A DNA stretch of 31,843 nucleotides from Oligoflexus sp. (GCA_041736305.1 JBGSTX010000333.1:1-31843); one strand, 5' to 3'. Shown: positions 21,107 to 29,791, counted from the first letter of the stretch. Notes: a model not told the origin generated them from the sequence alone. Program-made: numbers and translations.

Positions 21107-22435
21107 ATGTGCAGTAGGAAAGCTGCGCACTCAGCGAGGCTGCTCGTCAGCCTTATCGCGCTGAGTGCCTGTGCCAAGAGTAAAGTTCGCATTGATCTCG
21201 ACACGCCCCACAGGGCCAACCAACTTCTCATCAGCTTCCATGGAGACGTCAAAGATTTCACTCAGATTCTCGACATGCATGACAAGAGCATTCAGGTCGA
21301 GAGTTTGAACGAAGATACCCTGCTGCTGAAGCTACCTGAAGGGAGCGATTTGGCGGCAGAAGCAGAGAAGTGGGCTGAACACAAAGCCGTCGAGGCAGTC
21401 GAAGCGAACAGCCTCTATCAGCTTGAAGAGCGGACGCCCAATGATCCTTATTTTTCTAGGCTATGGGGTCTTGAAAACAGGGGACAGCAGCAAGGAATCG
21501 AAGGTGCCGACATTGGCGCTCCGGGAGCATGGGAGTTCAGTCAGGGAAGTCGTCGCATTTTGGTAGGCATAATCGATTCAGGCATCGATTATAAGCACCC
21601 TGACCTAGCCCAGAATATATGGAAGAACCCAGGGGAAAGCGGTCTCGATGCAGCAGGTCGCGATAAGAGCAGCAACCAGATTGACGACGATGGGAACGGC
21701 TTAGTCGATGACTGGCGTGGATGGGATTTTCGGGATAACGACAATGATCCCATGGATGCGCGCAATCATGGGACTCATGTTGCGGGCATCATGGGTGCGG
21801 TCGGTAACAACGGCCTCGGCATCGCTGGAGTCAGCTGGCGTATCAGTATGGTTCCCATCAAGGTTTTTGACGCGGAGGGCGAATCGAGCACGGACGTCAT
21901 CATTCGCGGTCTCGATTATGCGACCAAACTCGGTGTGCTGGCGACTAACAACAGCTGGGGTGGTAAAACCGCTTCAACGGCCATGTTAGCAGCGATCAAA
22001 CGTGCTGAAATGAAGGGTATCCTCTTCGTTACATCGGCGGGCAATGACGGTCTTGATAATGACAGTTCGCCTCATTATCCTTCCAACTACGGCCTGCCCA
22101 ATATGATAGCGGTGGCAGCCACCGATCGTCAGGATGGGTTGGCGGCATTCTCCAATTTCGGAGCACGTTCGGTGCAAATTGCAGCCCCTGGCGATTCAAT
22201 CTATTCGACTTTACCTGACAACACTTATGGTCTCAAAAACGGCACTTCGATGGCAACTCCTCATGTCACGGGTCTGCTCGCAGTTCTCGCCGCCCGTTAT
22301 CCGAGCAAGCTGCCCTCTGAACTGAGACAAATCCTCCTTGAATCTGCAGCCCCACTCGCCAGGCTGCGGCTGCAGGTGCAGTACGGTAGGCTCGATGCGA
22401 GGGCCGCTGTTAGCGGCGAGAGGCCGACTCCGTAG
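21107..22435 (+). CDS. S8 subtilisin-like serine peptidase, probable lipoprotein
   Basis: Catalytic motifs IIDSG, HGTHVAG and GTSMATP; oxyanion AGN; lipobox-like LSAC after a hydrophobic stretch. Confidence 0.92.
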   Translation: MCSRKAAHSARLLVSLIALSACAKSKVRIDLDTPHRANQLLISFHGDVKDFTQILDMHDKSIQVESLNEDTLLLKLPEGSDLAAEAEKWAEHKAVEAVEANSLYQLEERTPNDPYFSRLWGLENRGQQQGIEGADIGAPGAWEFSQGSRRILVGIIDSGIDYKHPDLAQNIWKNPGESGLDAAGRDKSSNQIDDDGNGLVDDWRGWDFRDNDNDPMDARNHGTHVAGIMGAVGNNGLGIAGVSWRISMVPIKVFDAEGESSTDVIIRGLDYATKLGVLATNNSWGGKTASTAMLAAIKRAEMKGILFVTSAGNDGLDNDSSPHYPSNYGLPNMIAVAATDRQDGLAAFSNFGARSVQIAAPGDSIYSTLPDNTYGLKNGTSMATPHVTGLLAVLAARYPSKLPSELRQILLESAAPLARLRLQVQYGRLDARAAVSGERPTP

Positions 22436-22500
22436 GAATAAAGGAGTTTTCTGGGCCTCCTAGCTTGGCATCTGCTAAGATGAACAAGGGGGGCACTGGA

Positions 22501-23133
22501 ATGTTAGATCGAGCACTTTTTGCGATCCCAAGACTGATCCTTGCCTATTTCCTAGCGGGAGACGGGCTGCAACTCAGGGCCGACGAGGTCAAGCTTAACG
22601 TGCGCGAACTCTGCCGGCTTGAAGTCGCCTCCAAACTACTGCAGAGCTATAATGATATTGCTATTCTCCGCGATCAGGTGCAGCTCGGTGAACAGAAAAT
22701 CAAGGATTTTGCAGCCCATATCCGGCTCCTAGAAAACGAGTACAAAAAGCTCGAAGCGAGTCCTCGAGGCAGCATTCCGGTTTTTGAGCTCGACGAGAAA
22801 GTCGTGGTTCTGAAGTATCAGCTGCAGACTCTCCGCGCTCAGCAGCTCGAAACCGAGCAGCACCTGACGAGCAACAAGAAGCGCTACGAGGAAGAGGAGA
22901 CGAAGCGCATAGCCTTCGCTAAGCTCTTGATCCCGGTATTTGCCTTCGATTTTTCTTCGGACGATGGCAAGAGTGGTCTTCCCCAAAAAATTCGCTATCA
23001 TCACGTCTGCAGTGCCTACCAGCTGCTTTGCCCCTTGCCGCCGCTGCAGATAAAAAGTCTGCGAAAGATCGCAGCCTCGCTCGACAACAAGACCCCCTGC
23101 GAACGTTACGGCTCGATTGCTGCCCTACGCTAA
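22501..23133 (+). CDS. Hypothetical coiled-coil protein, possibly exported
   Basis: Long ORF with hydrophobic N-terminus, heptad-rich core and four Cys. No family recognised; start uncertain. Confidence 0.6.
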   Translation: MLDRALFAIPRLILAYFLAGDGLQLRADEVKLNVRELCRLEVASKLLQSYNDIAILRDQVQLGEQKIKDFAAHIRLLENEYKKLEASPRGSIPVFELDEKVVVLKYQLQTLRAQQLETEQHLTSNKKRYEEEETKRIAFAKLLIPVFAFDFSSDDGKSGLPQKIRYHHVCSAYQLLCPLPPLQIKSLRKIAASLDNKTPCERYGSIAALR

Positions 23134-23221
23134 AACCTCTAATGCGGACAGGGCGCAGCTTTGCAAGTGTCTCAGCGAGACATAACGTCTAAAATTTGCC
23201 CAAAAAAAAGAGTATTTTTTC

Positions 23222-23249
23222 TTGTATTGATTGCAGAGTTCTTTATGAT
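23222..23249 (+). promoter_or_regulatory. Putative sigma70 promoter
   Basis: TTGTAT-N16-TATGAT with A/T tracts upstream, in front of the AGGAG RBS of the 23288 gene. Confidence 0.45.
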
Positions 23250-23287
23250 GCGTCCTGTGTTCAGAACTTTGCACTAGGAGATACAAA

Positions 23288-23605
23288 ATGAAATCTTTTC
23301 TTCTCGCTCTAACTGCTTCGACCGCTCTATCCGCTTCTGCAATGGCTGCCAGCAATGTCGAGTGCGGCAATGCTGAAGGTTTCCAAGTCAGCCTCAACGT
23401 TGCTGATGGATCGGCTCTCGGTACCCTGACTTACGGTCAAGCCGATGATTTAACTTCAGTCTCTGGAGTTGAAACCGCCTTGATAAACGGCGTCGGCGCG
23501 GCTGTTAAAGGCGGCGAAGTTCTCTTCGTTGTTACAGCAGCTCAACCTGCAAACCTTGGCCAGCTTGTGGTTGAAGGAACTACCTACAATCTGACTTGCA
23601 AGTAA
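23288..23605 (+). CDS. Small secreted hypothetical protein
   Basis: Sec signal MKSFLLALTASTALSASAMA, AGGAG RBS, one Cys near each end of the mature chain. Confidence 0.8.
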   Translation: MKSFLLALTASTALSASAMAASNVECGNAEGFQVSLNVADGSALGTLTYGQADDLTSVSGVETALINGVGAAVKGGEVLFVVTAAQPANLGQLVVEGTTYNLTCK

Positions 23606-23629
23606 GAACTCAGTTCTGTTTTTAGACGC

Positions 23630-23662
23630 AAAAAAGGGCCACCTCCGCAAGGAGATGGCCCT
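23630..23662 (-). terminator. Rho-independent terminator of the lipoxygenase operon
   Basis: On the - strand AGGGCCATCTCC-TTGC-GGAGGTGGCCCT then a U-tract (12-bp stem with one G-U), just after the 23674 stop. Confidence 0.8.
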
Positions 23663-23673
23663 CCTGACTATGT

Positions 23674-24111
23674 TCAACTTAGCAAAGAGGAGGAAATACC
23701 ACTTCTCTGATGCTTCTTAGAGGCAGGAACTGCCTTCAAAATCTGCAGATTTGTCTCGTAGCCTGCTGCAAAAGCAAGGTAGTTCGTCGAGACGACAAAT
23801 TCTTCGATCACATAAGTAGCAAGGTCATTTTCTTGCTGTTTCCGACTCCGCTTTCCAGCCATTTTTAACTTATCTTCAAAAGCTTGGGCAGAAAGATGAT
23901 GGCGCGACGAAGTTTGCAGACTTCTAGTGTACTCTAGAACTAGAGGCTTATGCTGCGCCGTGAGTCCCAGGTGCTTTTCAAGTATGCTGAAGACCTGCAC
24001 GTTAGCGTCTGGAGCTGAAAGCAAGTTAATTAAAATTTCCGGACCCGCGAATGCGGCACCAGCGATAACTGTAGTTCTAAGAAAATTGCGTCTATTGCAT
24101 ATAGTTTTCAT
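23674..24111 (-). CDS. Hypothetical protein with twin-arginine (Tat) signal motif
   Basis: N-terminal NRRNFLR followed by hydrophobic TTVIAGAAFA; starts 14 nt after the lipoxygenase stop, with a GAGG RBS. Confidence 0.75.
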   Translation of the reverse strand: MKTICNRRNFLRTTVIAGAAFAGPEILINLLSAPDANVQVFSILEKHLGLTAQHKPLVLEYTRSLQTSSRHHLSAQAFEDKLKMAGKRSRKQQENDLATYVIEEFVVSTNYLAFAAGYETNLQILKAVPASKKHQRSGISSSLLS

Positions 24112-24125
24112 CGATGGTCCCTCGA

Positions 24126-25934
24126 TTATATGTTGATGCTTTGCGGAATCCGCGACGGCAAAAGGTGGATGTAGGGGACATAGCGCGTCTGGTTCCGGCG
24201 CTCGATTTCCGCTTCAGCTGCTGCAAGGCGAGCCTTATGACGTGCGAGTGCTTCGCTAATCGGACCATCCGTAAAGTCTTTTAGAATGCCGTTTGGATGC
24301 TGATCATAATTGCCGTAGCTTGTGTAATTGATCCCAGCTAATACTGCGAGGATGCCCGCAGTAGTGACTCCAACTTCCAGAGGAGGAAGATTCTGCAACC
24401 AATCTTCTTCGGTATGGCCTAGACCTTTTGGTTCTGGAGTGAATCCCGCGAGAGGGTTGGCAGGCATAAAGGCCATGTCAGTCCCTTGGGTAAAGTTCAC
24501 TGCGGCGTGCTGAGGGCCTGCCGTAAACAAAACCATGGTCAAAATACCGACGAGGTCTTCGCGGCTTAGAACTTGACCAGGGGTATCGCCAAAGTCCTTA
24601 ACCATTCCACCTTCAGGAGACGCGAGTTCCGCTGCCCAAGCCTGGAGTTCCGTGTCGCTTGCGACTTCGGAATCGTTCTTGTAGAAAGTCGAAACAAATT
24701 CTTCGATCCATTTTTGAGTGAGATTCCAAATGAGCAGACCATCATCACGATAGGGGTAATGACGGAGGATGCTGGAATCCATTGTCCCGAGCCGGCGCAT
24801 ACGATCTGGTAGATAGTTAGAGCGGAACGAGTAGCCAAGGCGCGTATTTTTAACGAACTCGTAGGCTGAGGGCAGATCAGCTCCGATAAGCCGATCAACC
24901 GCTTTTTCCGGTTTGATAAGGACATTAGTAGCTGCAAAGTTGATCAGGATCGTGCCTTCGAAGTGGTGCGTGAGCAGCGCGCCTACGGGATGCCGCGTCG
25001 ATAGATTGCGGCGTGTAGACACTACAAAAGCATCCATAAGGTAATGCGTGAGGCCTAGGTGACTAGCCAATTCATGATGGGTGTTGTGAGCTGCCAAAAC
25101 GCAGTTCTTTGCGATCTTCCAGCTATAGCCATCAAGCGGTGTATAGATGATGCGATCTTCGGGGGTCGGCCCGGTTTGAATCGCGAAAGGACAGAGGCGT
25201 CCACCCCCACGCGGCACTGCGAAGGCAGCCCAGGGTGCATAGATGTACTTGGGAGTCTGGCCATAGTGCAGACCGTTCTTGAGTACGCTGAGGCCTGAGT
25301 GATCGACGACATAGATGCGACCTTCGCCTAGTGCGGTCTCAAGATCATCATCAGCAAACTCAGGAACGGTATGCAACTGCTGGTTGCTGATCGGAAAGTT
25401 AGCAGGGACTTCGTTCAGTCGTTTAATGACGTTGGGATTTGGGCCGGCAACGAAATTATTTGCGAAGCTTTCGTCGGTCTGGAAGCGAAGCGCGATCTCT
25501 GGCAAAGGCATGGTGGCGAAGATATCATTAAAATCTTTGAGGCTCTTGGCGGAGCCGAGGGTTGGTCCAAGATCGGGGAGGACACCGCGACCTAGGGTAG
25601 AGCCTATATCTCTGAAAGCTTGCAATGCTTTCGCTATATCTTTGCTATTGGCGCCTTTGAGAAATTGAGTCAACTCTTCAGGAGCAACGCTTTCTGGAAT
25701 GGCGTCTGAGTTGGAAGTATTATTCAGATACTTCGTAACGTTGGCGCTGACACGGAAGAGGACATCAACCAGTTGCCTTACCCACTCTGGTCCGTTTAGG
25801 TCAGCAGTTACTTGGGGAATTTGGTTGAGGGGAATGCCAACCGAGCGTTCGTAGCGATAAGCTTGTTGACGAGCAGCCAAGCGAGGCCACCTCAGGGCTG
25901 GAAGGTCTTTCTGGGGAATTTTGTACTGCGCCAT
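24126..25934 (-). CDS. Lipoxygenase
   Basis: WKIAK, HHELASHLGLTH, HAAVN and C-terminal IPQSINI give the full set of LOX iron ligands; also AGPNP and YPYRDDG. Confidence 0.95.
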   Translation of the reverse strand: MAQYKIPQKDLPALRWPRLAARQQAYRYERSVGIPLNQIPQVTADLNGPEWVRQLVDVLFRVSANVTKYLNNTSNSDAIPESVAPEELTQFLKGANSKDIAKALQAFRDIGSTLGRGVLPDLGPTLGSAKSLKDFNDIFATMPLPEIALRFQTDESFANNFVAGPNPNVIKRLNEVPANFPISNQQLHTVPEFADDDLETALGEGRIYVVDHSGLSVLKNGLHYGQTPKYIYAPWAAFAVPRGGGRLCPFAIQTGPTPEDRIIYTPLDGYSWKIAKNCVLAAHNTHHELASHLGLTHYLMDAFVVSTRRNLSTRHPVGALLTHHFEGTILINFAATNVLIKPEKAVDRLIGADLPSAYEFVKNTRLGYSFRSNYLPDRMRRLGTMDSSILRHYPYRDDGLLIWNLTQKWIEEFVSTFYKNDSEVASDTELQAWAAELASPEGGMVKDFGDTPGQVLSREDLVGILTMVLFTAGPQHAAVNFTQGTDMAFMPANPLAGFTPEPKGLGHTEEDWLQNLPPLEVGVTTAGILAVLAGINYTSYGNYDQHPNGILKDFTDGPISEALARHKARLAAAEAEIERRNQTRYVPYIHLLPSRIPQSINI

Positions 25935-25962
25935 GCCTTGTCCTTTTTTCGATAGAGTCTTG

Positions 25963-25986
25963 ATAAGTGTGTGAGCACTAACTTAT
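25963..25986. promoter_or_regulatory. Imperfect palindrome upstream of the lipoxygenase (candidate operator)
   Basis: ATAAGT-gt-GTG-ag-CAC-ta-ACTTAT, about 30 nt upstream of the LOX start codon. Confidence 0.4.
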
Positions 25987-26312
25987 TTAGAACTAGCGCG
26001 GCAGCGGGCGGACTGAGCGCTAAGCTTTCCCTTGAGCATCACCTGCTTCCAGGCTTGCGGAGAATAAGCGATTCTGAGGTCAGAGCGGATTTACACCCCA
26101 CCCTGTAAAGTCTCAAGGCGCATCTAGTTACATTGTAAGGGCTTATAAATTAGCTATTTTAATAGGCAAAATGTTGATCAAGAGTAAACGGAGGAGACGG
26201 CAAAATAGCAGAAGATTTGATAAGGACGGCTAGACTAACGAGGGAATCTAATCACTCTGATTAAACTTGCTGGGTTTCAGCGGCAGAGATTTTCGCCAGC
26301 AAGTCTCGACTA

Positions 26313-26486
26313 TTAATCAATAGGTAATTTCTTGGTTTTGTCGTCACCCATCGATTCCAGTTCTTTTTCGATACGCTTTAAATGATTTTCAGGAATTACA
26401 TTAGCTTCACGGCGCGCTGCTTCAATCATTTTCTGGGCGTCACCAATATCGCGATTTTTGTTGAACTCGAGGCAAATGATGCACAT
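26313..26486 (-). CDS. 57-aa hypothetical protein with N-terminal CxxC
   Basis: Read by hand (below the track cut-off): MCIICLEFNKNRDIGDAQKMIEAARREANVIPENHLKRIEKELESMGDDKTKKLPID. RBS AGGTGG just upstream. Confidence 0.7.
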   Translation of the reverse strand: MCIICLEFNKNRDIGDAQKMIEAARREANVIPENHLKRIEKELESMGDDKTKKLPID

Positions 26487-26642
26487 AAATCCACCTATTT
26501 CTGGCTTATAGGAAGAAGTTTAGCACGTAGTCTTTAAGCTAGGTTAGTCTGCAAAAATGTCGTGACTGCAGGTAGGTGGCTTGTACCGATCAAAAGCCTC
26601 TGCTATCGTCGGCAGCTCGAAGATTGATGGAGGAGATCTTGA

Positions 26643-26960
26643 ATGGAAACATGGACACCTGACGAATTGAAGCAGCATCTAGGCGAGGGCGAACGGGTCT
26701 TTCTCAAGCTCTGGAAGAAAGGCTGCGGAATCTGCAAGCTATCGACGCCAGCGACCGATAAGCTTGAAAAAGACAATGAACATCAGCTGACTTTCGCGAA
26801 AATTAGCATCGACGAATACCCGGAAATGCTCGAAGTCGCTGGAACTGAAGTTCTACCGGTGTTTTTCGTGTTTGATCAAAAGAAGAAGAAAGGCATGTAC
26901 ACAGGATTCAAAGGCTACGACAAGCTTCAAGAGTTTGTCGTAAGCTCTCTGCAGTCCTAG
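26643..26960 (+). CDS. Thioredoxin-family protein
   Basis: WKKGCGIC active-site motif, cis-Pro motif VLPVF, GGAGGAG RBS. Confidence 0.85.
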   Translation: METWTPDELKQHLGEGERVFLKLWKKGCGICKLSTPATDKLEKDNEHQLTFAKISIDEYPEMLEVAGTEVLPVFFVFDQKKKKGMYTGFKGYDKLQEFVVSSLQS

Positions 26961-26969
26961 AGTGAGCTA

Positions 26970-27941
26970 TCAATGCAGAGACGGGTCGGGTAGCAGCGGG
27001 CCGATGATCTGCAGAGCCTGGTGTTCAACTTTGAAGCGAAAATCTCCCTGAGCAATTTTCTCTCCATCGCCCATAACGCAGATCTGCGCGGGCGAGGAGA
27101 TGCTAGCCTCTGATTTCACACACAAGGTTTCTTGCAGATGGGGGTGTTCCCTAGCTGTCAGGTAGGAAATGAAGAGCTTCAGATAGTGACTAAAGGTCTT
27201 TGCTCTGATGACGACTATCTCAATTTGACCATCATCCGGTTTAGCTTCAACGGTCCAGCGCATATTGCCGGCACCCATACTACCCACATTTGTAATCATG
27301 AGAGTTGAAGCACGTCTGACGTGAGGCTTGCCGTCGATCCTTAGCTGGAAGGTCCAGTGCTTCTTTTTGGCAATCAAGCGTGCGCCATTCCAAACATAGG
27401 CGAGACGGCCAAACATTTTCTTAGCTGGTGGTTCGGTATTCGATGCAATCCAAGAATAAGCACCAACGCTTACATGACAGAGGTAAACTTTGTTATCGAT
27501 GAGCATGAAATCGACCCAACGTAGGGAATGCGGCTGAAACAGCAGCTCGAGAGCTTCATCTAGATTAAGGGGAATGCCGAGTTCTCGGGCGAAAAGATTG
27601 GCGGTTCCGCTAGGAATCACGGCGAGGGGAAGTCCACGTCGCCAGGCCTCTGTGGCCACGGCTGCCACTGTGCCATCTCCTCCCGCAGCCACCAAGGCCT
27701 GAGCACCTGAACGGAGCCCTTCTTCGATGGCTTTGTCTAGAGGCTGGTCTTTCTCAACATAGGCAAAATCAATCTTTTTTCCATGCTCTCCGGCTTTTGC
27801 CAGGGCCAGGCTCTTGAGTTCCTCGCAGCGGCTGCTCCCGGAATTAGGATTGAGTACGAGGAGATAATGCTGAAACCCTGACGTATTGTCTTTCCCTTTA
27901 CTCTCGGGCTTGGCTTGACTATCTGTATAAAATGGAGTCAT
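26970..27941 (-). CDS. Diacylglycerol-kinase family lipid kinase (YegS/BmrU-like)
   Basis: LNPNSG, AAGGDGTV, IPSGTANLFAREL, DDG and DGE motifs. Start uncertain; ATG 27941 avoids overlap with the divergent gene. Confidence 0.9.
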   Translation of the reverse strand: MTPFYTDSQAKPESKGKDNTSGFQHYLLVLNPNSGSSRCEELKSLALAKAGEHGKKIDFAYVEKDQPLDKAIEEGLRSGAQALVAAGGDGTVAAVATEAWRRGLPLAVIPSGTANLFARELGIPLNLDEALELLFQPHSLRWVDFMLIDNKVYLCHVSVGAYSWIASNTEPPAKKMFGRLAYVWNGARLIAKKKHWTFQLRIDGKPHVRRASTLMITNVGSMGAGNMRWTVEAKPDDGQIEIVVIRAKTFSHYLKLFISYLTAREHPHLQETLCVKSEASISSPAQICVMGDGEKIAQGDFRFKVEHQALQIIGPLLPDPSLH

Positions 27942-27998
27942 CTTGGGGATGTTAGGGGAAGCTTCGAGAGAATTTCTATTTAGCTCCGAAGGAGCCTG

Positions 27999-28796
27999 AT
28001 GCGTTTCGTCCATATCTCTGACCTCCACTTCGGCCCCCATTATAGACCAGCCGTTGGTGAAAGTCTGCTTGACTACCTGGCGCAGGGGGCCTTTGATGCC
28101 GTCGTAATAACAGGTGATTTTACGCAGCGCGCAACGCGAGAACAGTTTGTTCAGGCTGGGTCTTTCCTCGAACGCTTGCGGAGCTTAGTACCCGAGGTCG
28201 TCGTCTGCCCTGGGAATCACGATATACCATTGTTTCGTATTTGGGAGCGGGTTTTTTATCCTTTTCGTCTCTATAAGAAATTCATTCATCCTCACTTAAA
28301 TCAAATTGTGGATATCCATGATGCCAGGATTATAGCGCTCAACAGTGTGCGTCCGCTGAAAAGGCTAGTAGAGGGCAGACTTAGCCGGCAGCAACTACGA
28401 CTCGTTCAGAGCAGCCTCTCCCAAAACCCACAGAAAATGTTTCGGATCCTAGCGCTGCACCATCCTCCCGATGTTTCGCATGATAGGCCGGTCATATCGT
28501 CGCGAGAAAGGGAGTTCGTCCGACTTTGCATCGAACAGAAAGTCGATATTGTACTGAGTGGTCACGTACATGTGTCACGAGTTTTGCCGCTGACGAGCTC
28601 TCCAGGAGGGGCTCCGCTCCTCGTAGGCTGCGGGACGACTACTTCTGGTCGCGGTCGGCAGGCTGAAAAGGACCGCAATACCTTCAGACTTATCGAAGGC
28701 GATGCGCAGGGGCTAACTATCAGCACCTTTGCACTTGAGCCGGGTACTAAGATTTTCGTAATCCTCGCCCGAGAAGATTATCCAAAACCGTTCTAG
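27999..28796 (+). CDS. Metallophosphoesterase (CpdA/Icc-like)
   Basis: HISDLHFG, TGD, PGNHD, HHP and GHVH motifs; GGAG RBS. Confidence 0.92.
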   Translation: MRFVHISDLHFGPHYRPAVGESLLDYLAQGAFDAVVITGDFTQRATREQFVQAGSFLERLRSLVPEVVVCPGNHDIPLFRIWERVFYPFRLYKKFIHPHLNQIVDIHDARIIALNSVRPLKRLVEGRLSRQQLRLVQSSLSQNPQKMFRILALHHPPDVSHDRPVISSREREFVRLCIEQKVDIVLSGHVHVSRVLPLTSSPGGAPLLVGCGTTTSGRGRQAEKDRNTFRLIEGDAQGLTISTFALEPGTKIFVILAREDYPKPF

Positions 28797-29013
28797 CTGG
28801 ACTCTGACAGTACGGCAAAGTTCTGATTTTTTCTTAGCTCGCCAGGGCCGCATCTGCATTCAATGAGAATATCCTTGGAAGTAATAATTAGAAAGCTCAC
28901 TAGTATCAAGAGATTAAGTGCATGCTTTGCAGTTAAGGATTTTTAACTCAGCAAACCCCCCCTCCCTCACGAAAAGTTTAATAGGCGACTGATCGCACTT
29001 AGGGGAAAATGAA

Positions 29014-29685
29014 ATGGCTGCTTCATCGGCAAAAAAATTGTCTCATGCCAATTCCCCGACATCCCTCACCGAGCAGATTTGGGGAATCAGTTGGAACCAA
29101 CACTTCCCCAAGCCGCTGACGGCGACGATAAGAGTTGAAATGCGGAGCTACGAGGAGGCTTCTCCCCTCATAGCCCAGCTTTTTCCCGAAGTTTACCTGA
29201 TGGATGGCAAGTCACCGTTCGGGGAAAACAACAGTAAAGAATTCAAGAAAAAATACTATGAGATGGCAGGGGATTTCTTCGTCTTCCTTGATGCATCGAA
29301 GGGTGACAAGGTCGCTGGCATGGCGATAGGCACAGTACTCGACTGGTCTAGCTACAATTTTAGAAATATCTCGATCGCAGATGAATATCAGGAAAGCGGA
29401 CTCTATCTGAGCTTTTTTGAAGCCCTCTGCGATGTGATGAGGGAGCACGGCGTCAGTCGCATCGAAGGTGATGTAGCTCCTTCCAACCGCCACCATATTC
29501 ATGTGCTCAATAAGATGGGCTACATGGTGACAGCGATGAGTTACTCCGAGCGATGGGGCGTACTGCTGCACATAGCAAAGTACCTGAATCCGGACGATGA
29601 AGAGCGTTTTACTAAGCTTTTCTCAATGTCAGCCAACAGCGATCTCAAAGCGAATTCGCGGGCGAAAAAGCCCAAGAATTCATGA
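29014..29685 (+). CDS. GNAT-fold acyltransferase
   Basis: Motif-A-like NISIADEYQESGLY, motif-B-like DVAPSN...LNKMGY; AGGGG RBS. Confidence 0.7.
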   Translation: MAASSAKKLSHANSPTSLTEQIWGISWNQHFPKPLTATIRVEMRSYEEASPLIAQLFPEVYLMDGKSPFGENNSKEFKKKYYEMAGDFFVFLDASKGDKVAGMAIGTVLDWSSYNFRNISIADEYQESGLYLSFFEALCDVMREHGVSRIEGDVAPSNRHHIHVLNKMGYMVTAMSYSERWGVLLHIAKYLNPDDEERFTKLFSMSANSDLKANSRAKKPKNS

Positions 29686-29698
29686 AAAAACTCACTAG

Positions 29699-29725
29699 CC
29701 TTAAGCGATAGGCGCTTAAGGTTTT
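29699..29725 (+). terminator. Stem-loop/terminator after the GNAT gene
   Basis: CCTTAAGCG-ATAGG-CGCTTAAGG followed by TTTT. Confidence 0.6.
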
Positions 29726-29752
29726 ATATGCAACAAGTTTTAGGAGTCTGCC

Positions 29753-29785
29753 ATGAAAAAGAAATACGCGTTGATTTCGTTCTAA
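29753..29785 (+). CDS. 10-aa micro-ORF MKKKYALISF, candidate RiPP precursor
   Basis: AGGAG at 29742-29746, 6 nt before the ATG; TAA followed by a GC-rich hairpin; sits inside a GNAT-oxidase-YcaO cluster. Confidence 0.55.
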   Translation: MKKKYALISF

Positions 29786-29791
29786 TTTAAA

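Noticed and set aside
26160-26240. GGCAAA...GACGGCAAA resembling a c-di-GMP-I riboswitch
   Set aside because: No GNRA-capped P2 stem or P3 pairing could be built, and no gene follows closely on that strand. An Rfam scan would settle it.
28915-28932. GTGCATGCTTTGCA as a sigma54 promoter for the GNAT gene
   Set aside because: It lacks the invariant GG and the GG-N10-GC spacing.
29728-29790. Alternative 20-aa ORF MQQVLGVCHEKEIRVDFVLI overlapping the micro-ORF
   Set aside because: Its only SD-like AAGG is buried in the upstream hairpin, whereas AGGAG is well spaced for ATG 29753. Kept only as a fallback precursor candidate.
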